Shown here one piece after another: positions 20,794-30,418 of a DNA stretch of 64,000 nucleotides. The stretch is from Balnearium lithotrophicum (GTDB taxonomy: Bacteria > Aquificota > Aquificia > Desulfurobacteriales > Desulfurobacteriaceae). Every line of letters begins with the position of its first letter. Position 1 is the stretch's first letter. The notes beneath the pieces were generated by a model. That model was not told the DNA's origin. It saw nothing but the letters and a program-made list of their open reading frames with translations, and searched no databases. A program made the position numbers and the translations under genes. Location: the NCBI RefSeq assembly GCF_900182585.1, contig NZ_FXTM01000005.1, forward strand, positions 32,049 to 96,048. The letters are read 5' to 3'.

Positions 20794-21908
20794 TATTCAC
20801 CTCCAAAAAGTCCTTTTAACTTTGAAATGAGGCCCTTTGAGCTCTCCCCCTTCTCGTGAACCCTATCAACTATCGTACATATATCGGCCTTGAAGATATC
20901 ACTGACCATCTTGTCAATCTTCCTAACATGGGAGAAGTCCAAGTCAAGAGCTCTGTCCTCTTTAGAGAGAATTTCAAGGTATATGTCCCTAAACTTCATA
21001 AGTCCCTTTGTAGGCTTAGGAACTTCCCACACTTCAACTCCCATCTCCGTATAGGTCTTGGTGAGTTTTTCCCTTGCCTCCCTATTTCCGTAAACCTCTT
21101 CAGGCAGGTAGAGCCTGTTAATCTGTCCCGTGGCGTATATCCAATCAACAAAGTGTTTGAGCTTTTTGGCTCCAGGCTTATCAGTAAACCCTTTCTTAAC
21201 GGCCTGTCCTCTCAAGTTCTGAATGTCCTCAGCAGGCTTTACTCCCTTTGGACAAACGTACAGACACTTCTGACACTGAACACAGCTCCAAAGTCCTCCA
21301 GAGATTGAGTACCTTATTCTCTTTTCTTTTGCGGTTTCTATGTCCCTTCTATCAACCTGAAATCTATAGGCCCTTGAGAACGCAAAGGGCCCCCTGTACC
21401 TATCGTTGTCGGCAACAGCTTCACATTCGGAGTAGCATGAAAAGCAGAGCATACAGTGAATCTGGTCTTTGTAGGCCTCCAGCTCCTCAGGATAGATAAT
21501 GCTCTCGTGCATCGGGTCGCTCGGAACAACTCTCGGGTCTGGGACAAGCCACGGAATTAGGGTTTTCATCTTTTCAATTGGTTTATCAATATCAACAACC
21601 AAGTCCTTTATAACTCTCATGTGGTTGAGAGGTTCTACTCTCAGAGGCTTTCCTTTCCAGGTCTCAACCAGCTCCTTCATAGGAGTCTTACATGCAAGTT
21701 TTGTTTTTCCGTTAACCTTCATGGAACAGGAACCACAGACCTCACTCCTGCAGAAAGCCCTGAAGGCCAAAGTCGGGTCAATGTTGTCCTTTATGTAGAG
21801 AAGGGCATTTAGTAATGTACCCTCAACGGGAACTTCATAATCCTTATAGTAAGGAGCTTGGTCCTTTTCAGGGTCGTATCTAAAAACTCTGAGTATTGCG
21901 GTTTCCAT
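20793..21908 (-). CDS. Fumarate reductase/succinate dehydrogenase iron-sulfur subunit, copy 1, with a C-terminal extension of about 50 aa
   Basis: 2Fe-2S motif (CRSEVCGSCSMKVNG), 4Fe-4S motif CMLCFSCYSEC and 3Fe-4S motif CVQCQKCLYVCP. Confidence 0.85.
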   Translation of the reverse strand: METAILRVFRYDPEKDQAPYYKDYEVPVEGTLLNALLYIKDNIDPTLAFRAFCRSEVCGSCSMKVNGKTKLACKTPMKELVETWKGKPLRVEPLNHMRVIKDLVVDIDKPIEKMKTLIPWLVPDPRVVPSDPMHESIIYPEELEAYKDQIHCMLCFSCYSECEAVADNDRYRGPFAFSRAYRFQVDRRDIETAKEKRIRYSISGGLWSCVQCQKCLYVCPKGVKPAEDIQNLRGQAVKKGFTDKPGAKKLKHFVDWIYATGQINRLYLPEEVYGNREAREKLTKTYTEMGVEVWEVPKPTKGLMKFRDIYLEILSKEDRALDLDFSHVRKIDKMVSDIFKADICTIVDRVHEKGESSKGLISKLKGLFGGE

Positions 21909-21919
21909 AACTATCCTCC

Positions 21920-23614
21920 TTAGTACTTCCTTTCCTCAGGTGGAAACTTCTTGATAACTACAGGTTTCCAAGAAAGTTCGTAAGAGCCATCCTCTTTAAG
22001 TTTAATTACAGAGTGCTTTAAGAAGTTTTTATCGTCCCTATTAGGAAAGTCCTTTCTTGCATGAGCTCCCCTGCTTTCCTTCCTCTCTATAGCAGGGACG
22101 GCAATAGCAGGAGCCAAATCAACTAAGTTGAGAAACTCAAGGGCTGTGATTAAATCGGTGTTAAACTTTTTACTTGAATCGTAAACTTTTATGTGTTTAG
22201 CCCTTTCCTTTATCTCGTAAAGTTTTTCCAATCCTTCCTTCATTGAGGACTCTTCCCTAAATACTCCAAAGTGTTTCATCATAACGTTCCCAAGCTCTTT
22301 CCTCAGGTCGGCAATTTTTTCCTTTCCATCAGATTCCATAAGCTCAAGAATCCTTCTCTCATCATCTTTGACCTTTGCCAGTGAAGGAGTTGTCTCAGGA
22401 GCTTCATCGGCATACTTAACCGCTTCAAGGGCCGTTAATCTCCCGTAAACCAAAACATCAAGGAGTGAGTTTCCTCCAAGTCTGTTTGCTCCGTGAACAG
22501 AAACACAAGCACACTCACCTGCTGCATAGAGTCCCTTAATAGGGGTTCTTCCTAACTTATCCGTATCAATTCCGCCCATTGAGTAGTGAGCCGTTGGAGC
22601 AATTGGAATTGGTTCCTTAACAGGGTCAACTCCCTCGTAAAGAATTGCATGCTCTCTCGTTTGAGGAAGCCTCTCGTTTATTTTCTCCTCACCTAAGTGG
22701 GTTAAATCCAAACAGATGTAGTCACCATTTGGCCCGCAACCCCTACCTTCATCAATTTCTGTCTGTATAGCTCTTGCAACAATATCCCTTGGAGCAAGCT
22801 CCATCTTCTCGGGAGCATACCTTTTCATGAATCTTTCACCTTCCTTATTTCTCAGGTAACCACCTTCTCCCCTTGCTCCCTCTGTAACTAAAATTCCCGT
22901 TTTTGCAAGTCCTGTAGGGTGAAACTGAATGAATTCCATATCCTTTAAAGGTAATCCAGCTCTAAGTACAGCTGCAGTTCCGTCTCCCGTATTTCCTAAG
23001 GCATTTGAAGTCCTGTTCCAGTAAACCCTTGCATGTCCTCCGGTAGCTAAAATTACAGCCTTAGTCTTTATTAGGTGAACTCCCCCATTTCTAATATCCC
23101 AGGCTGTTATTCCCTCAACCCTTTCTCCGTTGTGAATAATTGAGAGGAGAAACCACTCGTTTAAGAAAGTCACATTGTTCTTTAAACACTGCTCGTACAA
23201 CGTTTGAAGTATGTAAAACCCTGTCTTATCAGCTGCATAGCATGTTCTCGGAAAGGATGCACCTCCGAAAGGCCTTTGAGCTATTCTTCCATCAGGTCTT
23301 CTTGAAAAGGGAACCCCTCTGTGGGCTATATCGTATATAACAGCTGCCCCCATTTTACACATTATGTCAACGGCATCCTGGTCAGCTAAGAAGTCGCTCC
23401 CCTTTACGGTATCGTAAGCATGGGCCTCAGGGCTATCTCCAACGGAGTGGGTTAAAACTGCGTTAATTCCCCCCTCGGCAGCTCCAGTGTGGGAACGCGT
23501 AGGATAAACCTTTGTTATAACTGCAACCTTTAAAATTGTGTTTTCGGCCGTCCAGAGTGCAGAGTAGAGTCCTGCTCCTCCGCCACCAACTATAACTATG
23601 TCGTACTCTATCAT
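21920..23614 (-). CDS. Fumarate reductase/succinate dehydrogenase flavoprotein subunit, copy 1
   Basis: Dinucleotide fold DIVIVGGGGAG, covalent-FAD His region RSHTGAAEGG, and an active site HPTG...R...H. I prefer the start at 23614 (MIEYD) with GGAGG 8 nt upstream; the ORF extends to 23629. Confidence 0.9.
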   Translation of the reverse strand: MIEYDIVIVGGGGAGLYSALWTAENTILKVAVITKVYPTRSHTGAAEGGINAVLTHSVGDSPEAHAYDTVKGSDFLADQDAVDIMCKMGAAVIYDIAHRGVPFSRRPDGRIAQRPFGGASFPRTCYAADKTGFYILQTLYEQCLKNNVTFLNEWFLLSIIHNGERVEGITAWDIRNGGVHLIKTKAVILATGGHARVYWNRTSNALGNTGDGTAAVLRAGLPLKDMEFIQFHPTGLAKTGILVTEGARGEGGYLRNKEGERFMKRYAPEKMELAPRDIVARAIQTEIDEGRGCGPNGDYICLDLTHLGEEKINERLPQTREHAILYEGVDPVKEPIPIAPTAHYSMGGIDTDKLGRTPIKGLYAAGECACVSVHGANRLGGNSLLDVLVYGRLTALEAVKYADEAPETTPSLAKVKDDERRILELMESDGKEKIADLRKELGNVMMKHFGVFREESSMKEGLEKLYEIKERAKHIKVYDSSKKFNTDLITALEFLNLVDLAPAIAVPAIERKESRGAHARKDFPNRDDKNFLKHSVIKLKEDGSYELSWKPVVIKKFPPEERKY

Positions 23615-23629
23615 TAAAAAAACCTCCAT

Positions 23630-23834
23630 ATAATTAGATTGTTTTTATTTTATGAATTTTCTCAATCAATACTAATTTTACAAAATTTTTACAATTTATT
23701 TAAGCTGACTTTCAGGAGAAAGTTTCCAATTCAAATTCCAATTCTGAAATTAATAAATTGATAGAAATAACTATAAATAAGAGATAAAATCTCACAATAA
23801 ATGATAATGATAAAGAAAAACTCAGGGAGGTTGT
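23630..23834. promoter_or_regulatory. Divergent AT-rich control region between the two paralogous fumarate reductase operons. It carries direct repeats TTTTACAA x2 (23676-23694) and TTCCAATTC x2 (23724-23744), plus a GAAAgTTTC palindrome (23718-23726).
   Basis: 205 bp of non-coding DNA at about 20% GC between divergent start codons. Repeats are read directly from the sequence. Confidence 0.5.
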
Positions 23835-25535
23835 ATGCTTCAGTACGACATTTTAATAGTAGGTGCCGGAGGTGGTGGCCTCTATGCGGCTCTGGAAACG
23901 AGCAAAAGAAAGGGGCTTAGAGTCGCAGTAATAAGTAAGGTTTTTCCTACACGCTCCCATACGGGGGCAGCTCAAGGAGGAATAAACGCGGCCTTGGGGA
24001 ACGTAGCTCCAGACAGTCCTGAAAAGCACACTTACGACACTGTAAAGGGAAGCGATTTCTTGGCCGACCAGGACGCTGTTGAGCTTATGTGTGATATGGC
24101 CCCAAAGATAATAAGGGAAATGGAACACATGGGTCTTCCCTTCTCGAGGTTAAAGGACGGAAGGATAGCTCAGAGGCCTTTTGGAGGAGCTTCATTTCCA
24201 AGGACCTGTTACGCAGCTGATAAAACAGGACATGTCATGCTCCAAACCCTTTACGAGCAGTGTTTAAAAAACGAGGTGACTTTCTTAAACGAGTGGTTTG
24301 CTCTCAATCTAATTCACAATGGAGAGAGAATATCAGGAATAGTAGCCATAAACCTTAAAACTGGAGAAGTTGAAGGAATCAGAGCAAAGGCTGTTATTCT
24401 TGCAACGGGGGGACATGGGAGAATTTACTGGAACAGAACCTCAAATGCCTTAGGAAATACGGGAGATGGTCCTGCAATGGCCTTAAGGGCAGGAGTCCCC
24501 CTTAAGGATATGGAGTTTGTTCAGTTTCACCCTACAGGACTTAGGAGAACCGGGATTTTAGTCACAGAAGGAGCAAGGGGAGAGGGTGGTTACTTAATAA
24601 ACAAAAATGGTGAAAGATTTATGAAAAGGTACGCTCCAGAAAAGATGGAGCTCGCTCCAAGAGATTTGGTTTCAAGGGCTATAGAGACAGAGATAATGGA
24701 GGGAAGGGGATTTAAAGACTCTGAGGGTAACGAATTTGTTTACCTCGATTTGAGGCACTTAGGAAGGGACAAAATATTGGAGAGACTCCCTCAAATTAGA
24801 GAACTTGCAATTGATTTTGAGGGAGTTGACCCTATAGAGGAACCTATTCCTGTAAGACCAACAGCTCACTACTCAATGGGCGGAATTGATGCAGATAAGT
24901 TTGGAAGAACTCCTCTAAAGGGACTCTATGCAGTGGGAGAGTGCGCTTGTATTTCCGTTCACGGAGCAAACAGGCTTGGAGGAAACTCACTCCTTGATAT
25001 CGTTGTCTTTGGAAAGATTGCCGGAGAGGATGCTGTTAATTTTGTTTCGGAAGTTAGTTTCTCAGATTTCAGCGAATCTGCGGTTAAGGATGAAGAGAGG
25101 AAAATTGAGAGGCTGTTTGAAAATGAGGGGACGGAAAAACTCCATCAGCTCAGGAGTGAACTTTCAGATGCAATGAGTAGAGGTGTTGGCATATTCAGGG
25201 AAGAGAAAAGGATGAAGGAAGCCCTTGAGAAGGTAAGGGAGATTAAGGAAAGGGCTAAAAAGCTTAAAGTTTACGATAGAGAAAGGTGCTTTAACACAAA
25301 TCTCCAGCAGACGTTAGAATTTCTAAATATGGTTGAGGTTGCAGAGACAATTGCCTTTTCGGCCATAGAGAGGAGGGAGAGTAGAGGAGCTCACTATAGA
25401 ACGGACTATCCGAAGAGGGACGATGAAAATTTCTTAAAACACTCTCTAACTATTAGAAAGGAAGATGGAGAGCTCTCAATCTCCTGGAAGCCCGTAAAGA
25501 TAACAAAGTTCCAGCCTGAAGAGAGAAAGTACTAA
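23835..25535 (+). CDS. Fumarate reductase/succinate dehydrogenase flavoprotein subunit, copy 2
   Basis: DILIVGAGGGG and RSHTGAAQGG motifs. Near-colinear paralog of the copy-1 flavoprotein (roughly two-thirds identical by eye). RBS GGGAGG present. Confidence 0.9.
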   Translation: MLQYDILIVGAGGGGLYAALETSKRKGLRVAVISKVFPTRSHTGAAQGGINAALGNVAPDSPEKHTYDTVKGSDFLADQDAVELMCDMAPKIIREMEHMGLPFSRLKDGRIAQRPFGGASFPRTCYAADKTGHVMLQTLYEQCLKNEVTFLNEWFALNLIHNGERISGIVAINLKTGEVEGIRAKAVILATGGHGRIYWNRTSNALGNTGDGPAMALRAGVPLKDMEFVQFHPTGLRRTGILVTEGARGEGGYLINKNGERFMKRYAPEKMELAPRDLVSRAIETEIMEGRGFKDSEGNEFVYLDLRHLGRDKILERLPQIRELAIDFEGVDPIEEPIPVRPTAHYSMGGIDADKFGRTPLKGLYAVGECACISVHGANRLGGNSLLDIVVFGKIAGEDAVNFVSEVSFSDFSESAVKDEERKIERLFENEGTEKLHQLRSELSDAMSRGVGIFREEKRMKEALEKVREIKERAKKLKVYDRERCFNTNLQQTLEFLNMVEVAETIAFSAIERRESRGAHYRTDYPKRDDENFLKHSLTIRKEDGELSISWKPVKITKFQPEERKY

Positions 25536-25544
25536 GGGGGAGTT

Positions 25545-26513
25545 ATGGAAAGTAGGAAGGTAACTTTTAGAATAAGGAGGTTTAATCCCAAAAAGGACGA
25601 AAAGCCCTACTATCAGGACTTTGAGTTGGAAGTTTCAAGGGGAATGACAATTCTCGAAGCCCTTCAGCAAATTAAGGATACTCAGGAACCAACCCTTTCC
25701 TTTAGGGCATACTGCAGGAGTGCAATTTGTGGTTCGTGTGCAGTAAAGGTCAACGGCTTTCCTAAGCTCGCCTGTAAGACACAGGTTTTTAACGAACTTG
25801 ATAAGTTTCGAACTAATACATTAACAATAGAACCCTTAGACAACATGGAAGTTGTAAGGGATTTAATCGTAGATTGGGACAAGCCTATAGATAAATTGAA
25901 AAAAATGAGAACTTACCTTATTCCAAATCCGGAGGTTGTTCCAAGTACTCTGGATGAAGAGAGCCGGGTTTACCCTGAGGAGCTTAAAAAGTTTGATACC
26001 TTTACAGACTGTATCCTCTGTACTTCCTGTTTCTCCTCGTGTACAGCCTCTCAGTTGGACGAGAACTACGGAGGTCCCTTCCAACTTTCAAGGGTTTACA
26101 GGTTTGCAGTTGACCCGAGGGATGCTTTAGGGAAAGAAAGGTCAAAGGTAGGTTATGCCTTTGATATGTGGAACTGTGTAAGGTGCAACAAGTGTGCCGA
26201 TGTTTGTCCAAAGCACATATCACCTGTTGATGGAATTATGAAGTTAAGGGGACTCTCTATTGAGGCCGGCCTTAGAAACAATCCCGGTGCAAGACACGTC
26301 ATGGCATTCTACAAGTCTCTCCTTGATTCTGGAATGTTAAACGAGGTTCTACTTCCTCTGAGAACGAAGGGAATTAAGGGAATTTTGGAAAACCTTCCCG
26401 TTGGGATAAAGATGATTTTGAAGGGGAAAGCCCACTCTCCTATTCAAAAGCCGATTTCTGAACACGAGAAATTGGTAAAACTAGTTAAATTAGCCATGGA
26501 GTTGGAGGTTTAG
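25545..26513 (+). CDS. Fumarate reductase/succinate dehydrogenase iron-sulfur subunit, copy 2
   Basis: CRSAICGSCAVKVNG, CILCTSCFSSC and CVRCNKCADVCP cluster motifs. Confidence 0.85.
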   Translation: MESRKVTFRIRRFNPKKDEKPYYQDFELEVSRGMTILEALQQIKDTQEPTLSFRAYCRSAICGSCAVKVNGFPKLACKTQVFNELDKFRTNTLTIEPLDNMEVVRDLIVDWDKPIDKLKKMRTYLIPNPEVVPSTLDEESRVYPEELKKFDTFTDCILCTSCFSSCTASQLDENYGGPFQLSRVYRFAVDPRDALGKERSKVGYAFDMWNCVRCNKCADVCPKHISPVDGIMKLRGLSIEAGLRNNPGARHVMAFYKSLLDSGMLNEVLLPLRTKGIKGILENLPVGIKMILKGKAHSPIQKPISEHEKLVKLVKLAMELEV

Positions 26514-26515
26514 GT

Positions 26516-27373
26516 ATGAAGGAGTATGCATTCTATCCAGGATGTGCGGCAAAGGGGGCCTCTAAGGAGCTCTACGAGTCAACTATAGCAGTTTCAAATA
26601 AACTCGGTCTAAAACTTAGAGAGCTCCCTCAGTTCAGCTGCTGTGGAGCTGGGGTTCTTGAGGAGGTAAAGGAAGCTGTTGACTTAGTTGTAAATGCCAG
26701 AAACATTGCCTATGCAGAGAGGGAAAATTTAGACATCGTAACAGTTTGTAGCACATGCCTTTTGGTCTTGAGGAAGACAAAGTACCTACTTGATAACGAT
26801 AAAAAACTGAGGGAGGAGGTAAACGAGCTCCTTTCTGAAGTAGGACTTGAATATAAAGGAACGGGCCAGATTAAGCACTTTCACTGGGTTTTACTTGAGG
26901 AGTTTGGAGAGGAGGAATTGAGAAAAAGGGTTGAAAAGCCACTTTCAGGAATAAAGGTCTATCCGTACTACGGATGTCATACCGTTAGGCCTTACGATAT
27001 TTTAGGGTTTGAACCTTCTGAAAATCCGCAGTCGCTAGAGAGGATTATAAGAGCTCTCGGGGCAGAGCCTGTATCCGGAAGGAGAAACTTGGAGTGCTGT
27101 GGATTCCATGCCTTTTGGCCGGCTCCAAAAATCAGCATGAGGCTAACGGGACTCAACCTTAAGGATGCTAACGATTTTGGAGCCGACTGTATAGTAACTC
27201 CCTGCCCTTTGTGCCACATGAATTTAGATGCAAACCAGAAGAGAGCTCTAAGCGAAGTTGGAGAAAACTTCCAGATTCCCGTTCTCCACTTACCTCAGTT
27301 GGTTGGAATTGCCCTCGGAATTGAGCCTAAGAAACTGGGACTCCACAGAAATATTGTTCCTGTTAACTGCTAA
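26516..27373 (+). CDS. Fumarate reductase/succinate dehydrogenase subunit E-type (two CCG domains), copy 2
   Basis: CCG motifs QFSCCGAGV and ECCGFHAFW, plus CPLCHMN. Confidence 0.8.
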   Translation: MKEYAFYPGCAAKGASKELYESTIAVSNKLGLKLRELPQFSCCGAGVLEEVKEAVDLVVNARNIAYAERENLDIVTVCSTCLLVLRKTKYLLDNDKKLREEVNELLSEVGLEYKGTGQIKHFHWVLLEEFGEEELRKRVEKPLSGIKVYPYYGCHTVRPYDILGFEPSENPQSLERIIRALGAEPVSGRRNLECCGFHAFWPAPKISMRLTGLNLKDANDFGADCIVTPCPLCHMNLDANQKRALSEVGENFQIPVLHLPQLVGIALGIEPKKLGLHRNIVPVNC

Positions 27374-27442
27374 TGGAGGGATTTTTCCCTCCACTCCCCT
27401 TTCCAATATAATTTCCTCAAAATGTAAATACCGGAGGATAGA

Positions 27443-29113
27443 ATGGTTATTCTCCTCTTTCTGACAGCTGCCGTTATATTTGCAGTTGCTTATATAACCT
27501 ACGGTAGATTTTTGAGAGACAGGGTTTTTAAACTGAAAAAGGAGAATAAAACTCCTGCCCACGAATTTAGAGACGGTGTTGATTACGTTCCAGCCCCAGC
27601 CCCCGTCCTCTTGGGACACCACTTTTCCTCGATTGCAGGAGCAGGTCCCATCGTTGGTCCTATAACTGCAGCATCATCTTGGGGATGGTTACCTGCCTAT
27701 CTATGGGTTCTCATAGGAAACATCTTTATCGGCGGCGTTCACGATATGAGCTCTTTAGTTGCATCAATTAGAAACAAGGCAAAGTCAATTGCAGAAATAG
27801 GGGGAATGTACCTTTCAAAGAGGGCTGGATTTTTGTTTAAGCTCTTCATCTGGCTTGCACTCCTCTACGTTGTTGCCGTTTTCATAAACGTTGCTCAGAT
27901 AACCTTTAACGCCAAGGTTCCGTTGATTGAGGGTGGAAAAGTTGTAGAGCTCCTTCCTATAGGTGGAGGTGTAGCAACGTCTGCACTAATCTACATAGTC
28001 CTTGCCGTTATTTTCGGGATTTTAATCTACAGGTTCAATCTATCCTTAAAAGTGACAACTGCAGTTTTTGTCATTTTAGTCTATCTGGCAGTCTACGTTG
28101 GACAGCTCTTTCCGATTAACCTTTCCCCCAACGTTTGGAACGTAGTTTTGCTCATATACGTTGCCGTTGCATCGGTTACTCCGGTTTGGATTCTCCTCCA
28201 GCCGAGGGACTACCTTTCAAGTTTCCTTCTGTACGGAGCTCTAATTGGAGCTGGCCTTGGGATTCTCCTATCGTTTGGGAAGTTTCAGCCTCACATTCCT
28301 GCCTTTTTAGGATTTAACAGCGACATTGGACCACTCTTTCCCCTTCTCTTTGTAGTTATTGCCTGCGGTTCAATTTCAGGATTTCACTCGTTAGTTTCGT
28401 CGGGAACAACATCTAAACAGCTAAACAGTGAACCCGACGCTCTAACCGTTGGTTACGGGGCAATGCTCTTAGAGGGAATCGTTGCAGTTATGTCAGTCAT
28501 CTTTGTCCTCATTCTCACAGTTCCAGAGTTTCAAATTCTGAAGAAGAACGTCGCAGCGATTTATGGAACGGGAGTTGGGAGGTTTATGTCAATTCTTGGA
28601 ATTCCTGAAAATATAGGTGTTGCATTTGGAATGCTTGCCCTCTCTTCCTTTATACTTACAAGTACAGATACAGGTACAAGACTTGCCCGCTACGTTTTTA
28701 CAGAATTAACGGGAGTTACAAACAGATTCGTTGCAACGGGGATTTCCCTCATTATTCCAGCTATTTTAGTTTTCCTAAAGTACAAAGACCCCGCTACGGG
28801 AAAGGTTCTTCCCGTCTGGAAAGCCCTCTGGCCTGTATTTGGAGCTACGAACCAACTTATAGCGGCACTTTCCCTGTTTGTCGTTATGGTTTGGATGATT
28901 AAAACCGGAAAGTACTGGTTTGTCACAGGAATTCCCTCTCTCTTTATGGCAGTTATAACACTCTGGGCTTTAGTTATGCTCTTTTTAAAGTGGAAATTTA
29001 CGGTAATAGGAGTTGCAGCCCTAATTCAGGTTTTCTTAGCCCTCTGGATTTTTTACGAAGGTTTCTTAGCACTTAAAAAACTTAGAGAGGAGACTTTTAA
29101 TGGCGGAGGCTAA
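27443..29113 (+). CDS. cstA: Carbon starvation protein A family transporter (CstA, peptide/pyruvate transporter family)
   Basis: 556-aa polytopic membrane protein with CstA-like conserved segments (HHFSSIAGAGPIVGP and GFHSLVSSGTTSKQ). Confidence 0.85.
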   Translation: MVILLFLTAAVIFAVAYITYGRFLRDRVFKLKKENKTPAHEFRDGVDYVPAPAPVLLGHHFSSIAGAGPIVGPITAASSWGWLPAYLWVLIGNIFIGGVHDMSSLVASIRNKAKSIAEIGGMYLSKRAGFLFKLFIWLALLYVVAVFINVAQITFNAKVPLIEGGKVVELLPIGGGVATSALIYIVLAVIFGILIYRFNLSLKVTTAVFVILVYLAVYVGQLFPINLSPNVWNVVLLIYVAVASVTPVWILLQPRDYLSSFLLYGALIGAGLGILLSFGKFQPHIPAFLGFNSDIGPLFPLLFVVIACGSISGFHSLVSSGTTSKQLNSEPDALTVGYGAMLLEGIVAVMSVIFVLILTVPEFQILKKNVAAIYGTGVGRFMSILGIPENIGVAFGMLALSSFILTSTDTGTRLARYVFTELTGVTNRFVATGISLIIPAILVFLKYKDPATGKVLPVWKALWPVFGATNQLIAALSLFVVMVWMIKTGKYWFVTGIPSLFMAVITLWALVMLFLKWKFTVIGVAALIQVFLALWIFYEGFLALKKLREETFNGGG

Positions 29114-29444
29114 AAGTTTAAGTGAAAAGGTATTTTTCATCGCAACTGGAATCAGGCTCCACTTAAAGGAATACTTTTTGAGAATTACTGGACTTTTCAA
29201 ACAATACGAATACTGCATCTCCTTTCCCTCAATTCCTGAGGGTTTAAAGGCTGAGAAGTACTTGAAGGAGTTTAAGGCCGTATCAATTCCAATTCCAAAC
29301 GAGATTTTTGAAGGTTGTGGAGTAGGTATTTTGGTTAAGGAGGAAGACCTTGAAAATCTGTTAAAACACTTAAAGGAAAAGGGAATTTTAGTTTCCGGTG
29401 TATTTAAGAGGGAGGGAGAAAAATTTGTTGAGGTGAAGCGTTGA
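29100..29444 (+). CDS. Small cytoplasmic protein of unknown function, possibly DUF3343-like. Translationally coupled to cstA and gpsA.
   Basis: 114-aa ORF whose start overlaps the cstA stop and whose end overlaps the gpsA start. No recognisable motif. Confidence 0.4.
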   Translation: MAEAKSLSEKVFFIATGIRLHLKEYFLRITGLFKQYEYCISFPSIPEGLKAEKYLKEFKAVSIPIPNEIFEGCGVGILVKEEDLENLLKHLKEKGILVSGVFKREGEKFVEVKR

Positions 29445-30418
29445 AAATAGCAGTTTTGGGCTCTGGAAGCTGGGGTTCGGCACTCTCCATCCACTTTGGA
29501 AGGAACGAATTTGATGTTGTTCAGTGGTGCAGAGAGAGGGAGGTTTCTGAGGAAATTAACTCCTTTAGGGAGAATAGAACCTATCTTCCCGGATTTAAGT
29601 ATCCGGAAAGGGTAAGGGCAACTTCCTCCGTTGAAAGAGCTTTAGAGGGTGTGGAGATTGTTTTCTCTGTAATACCAACTCAGTTTACAGCCTCTTTCTG
29701 GAGGGACAATAAGGAGCTCCTACATGGAAAATCCTTGGTCTGTGCGAGTAAGGGAATAGAGATTGAAAGTTTAAAAACGCTCTCTGAACTTTACGGTGAG
29801 ATATTTGGCTCTTTAGAGAACTATTACGTCCTCTCGGGTCCAACCTTCGCGAGGGAAATTGCTTCAGGTCTTCCTGCTGCAGCTGTTGTATCAAATGAAA
29901 ACTTGGAGAGGGCTCTCAATATAGTTAAGCTCCTAAATACTCCCTCCTTCAGGCTCTATGCCTCGAGTGATGTTAAGGGAGTTGAATTGGGGGGAGCTCT
30001 GAAGAACGTTATTGCAATCGCAACGGGAATTTCCGATGGCATGGGATTTGGAAACAACGCAAGGGCAGCACTGATAACGAGGGGACTCCACGAAATTAAG
30101 AGGCTTGGAAGGAAATTGGGAGCAAGGGAGGAAACCTTTTACGGCCTTTCGGGAGTCGGCGACCTTGTTCTAACCTGTACAGGAGACCTTTCAAGGAACA
30201 GACAGTTTGGAATCTCAATAGCCAAAGGAGATAGGAGGGAAGGAAACTTCGTCGTTGAGGGTGTTTACACAGTAAAGGCCGTTCATGAGCTATCCAAGAG
30301 GCTAAACATTGAGATGCCAATATCTGAGGCCGTATATAGAATTATCTATGATGGAGTTGAACCGAAGGAGGTAATAAGGGAGCTCCTTTCAAGGCCTGTA
30401 AAGGAGGAAAGCAGTTAA
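29441..30418 (+). CDS. gpsA: NAD(P)H-dependent glycerol-3-phosphate dehydrogenase
   Basis: MKIAVLGSGSWGSALS Rossmann start and conserved GpsA core (GLKNVIAIA-like: ALKNVIAIATG). Confidence 0.9.
   Translation: MKIAVLGSGSWGSALSIHFGRNEFDVVQWCREREVSEEINSFRENRTYLPGFKYPERVRATSSVERALEGVEIVFSVIPTQFTASFWRDNKELLHGKSLVCASKGIEIESLKTLSELYGEIFGSLENYYVLSGPTFAREIASGLPAAAVVSNENLERALNIVKLLNTPSFRLYASSDVKGVELGGALKNVIAIATGISDGMGFGNNARAALITRGLHEIKRLGRKLGAREETFYGLSGVGDLVLTCTGDLSRNRQFGISIAKGDRREGNFVVEGVYTVKAVHELSKRLNIEMPISEAVYRIIYDGVEPKEVIRELLSRPVKEESS

Noticed and set aside
23630-23834. Possible small RNA or tRNA in the long AT-rich gap between the frd operons
   Set aside because: About 20% GC, with no stable stems, no cloverleaf, no terminator. 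This is far more consistent with a divergent promoter and operator region.
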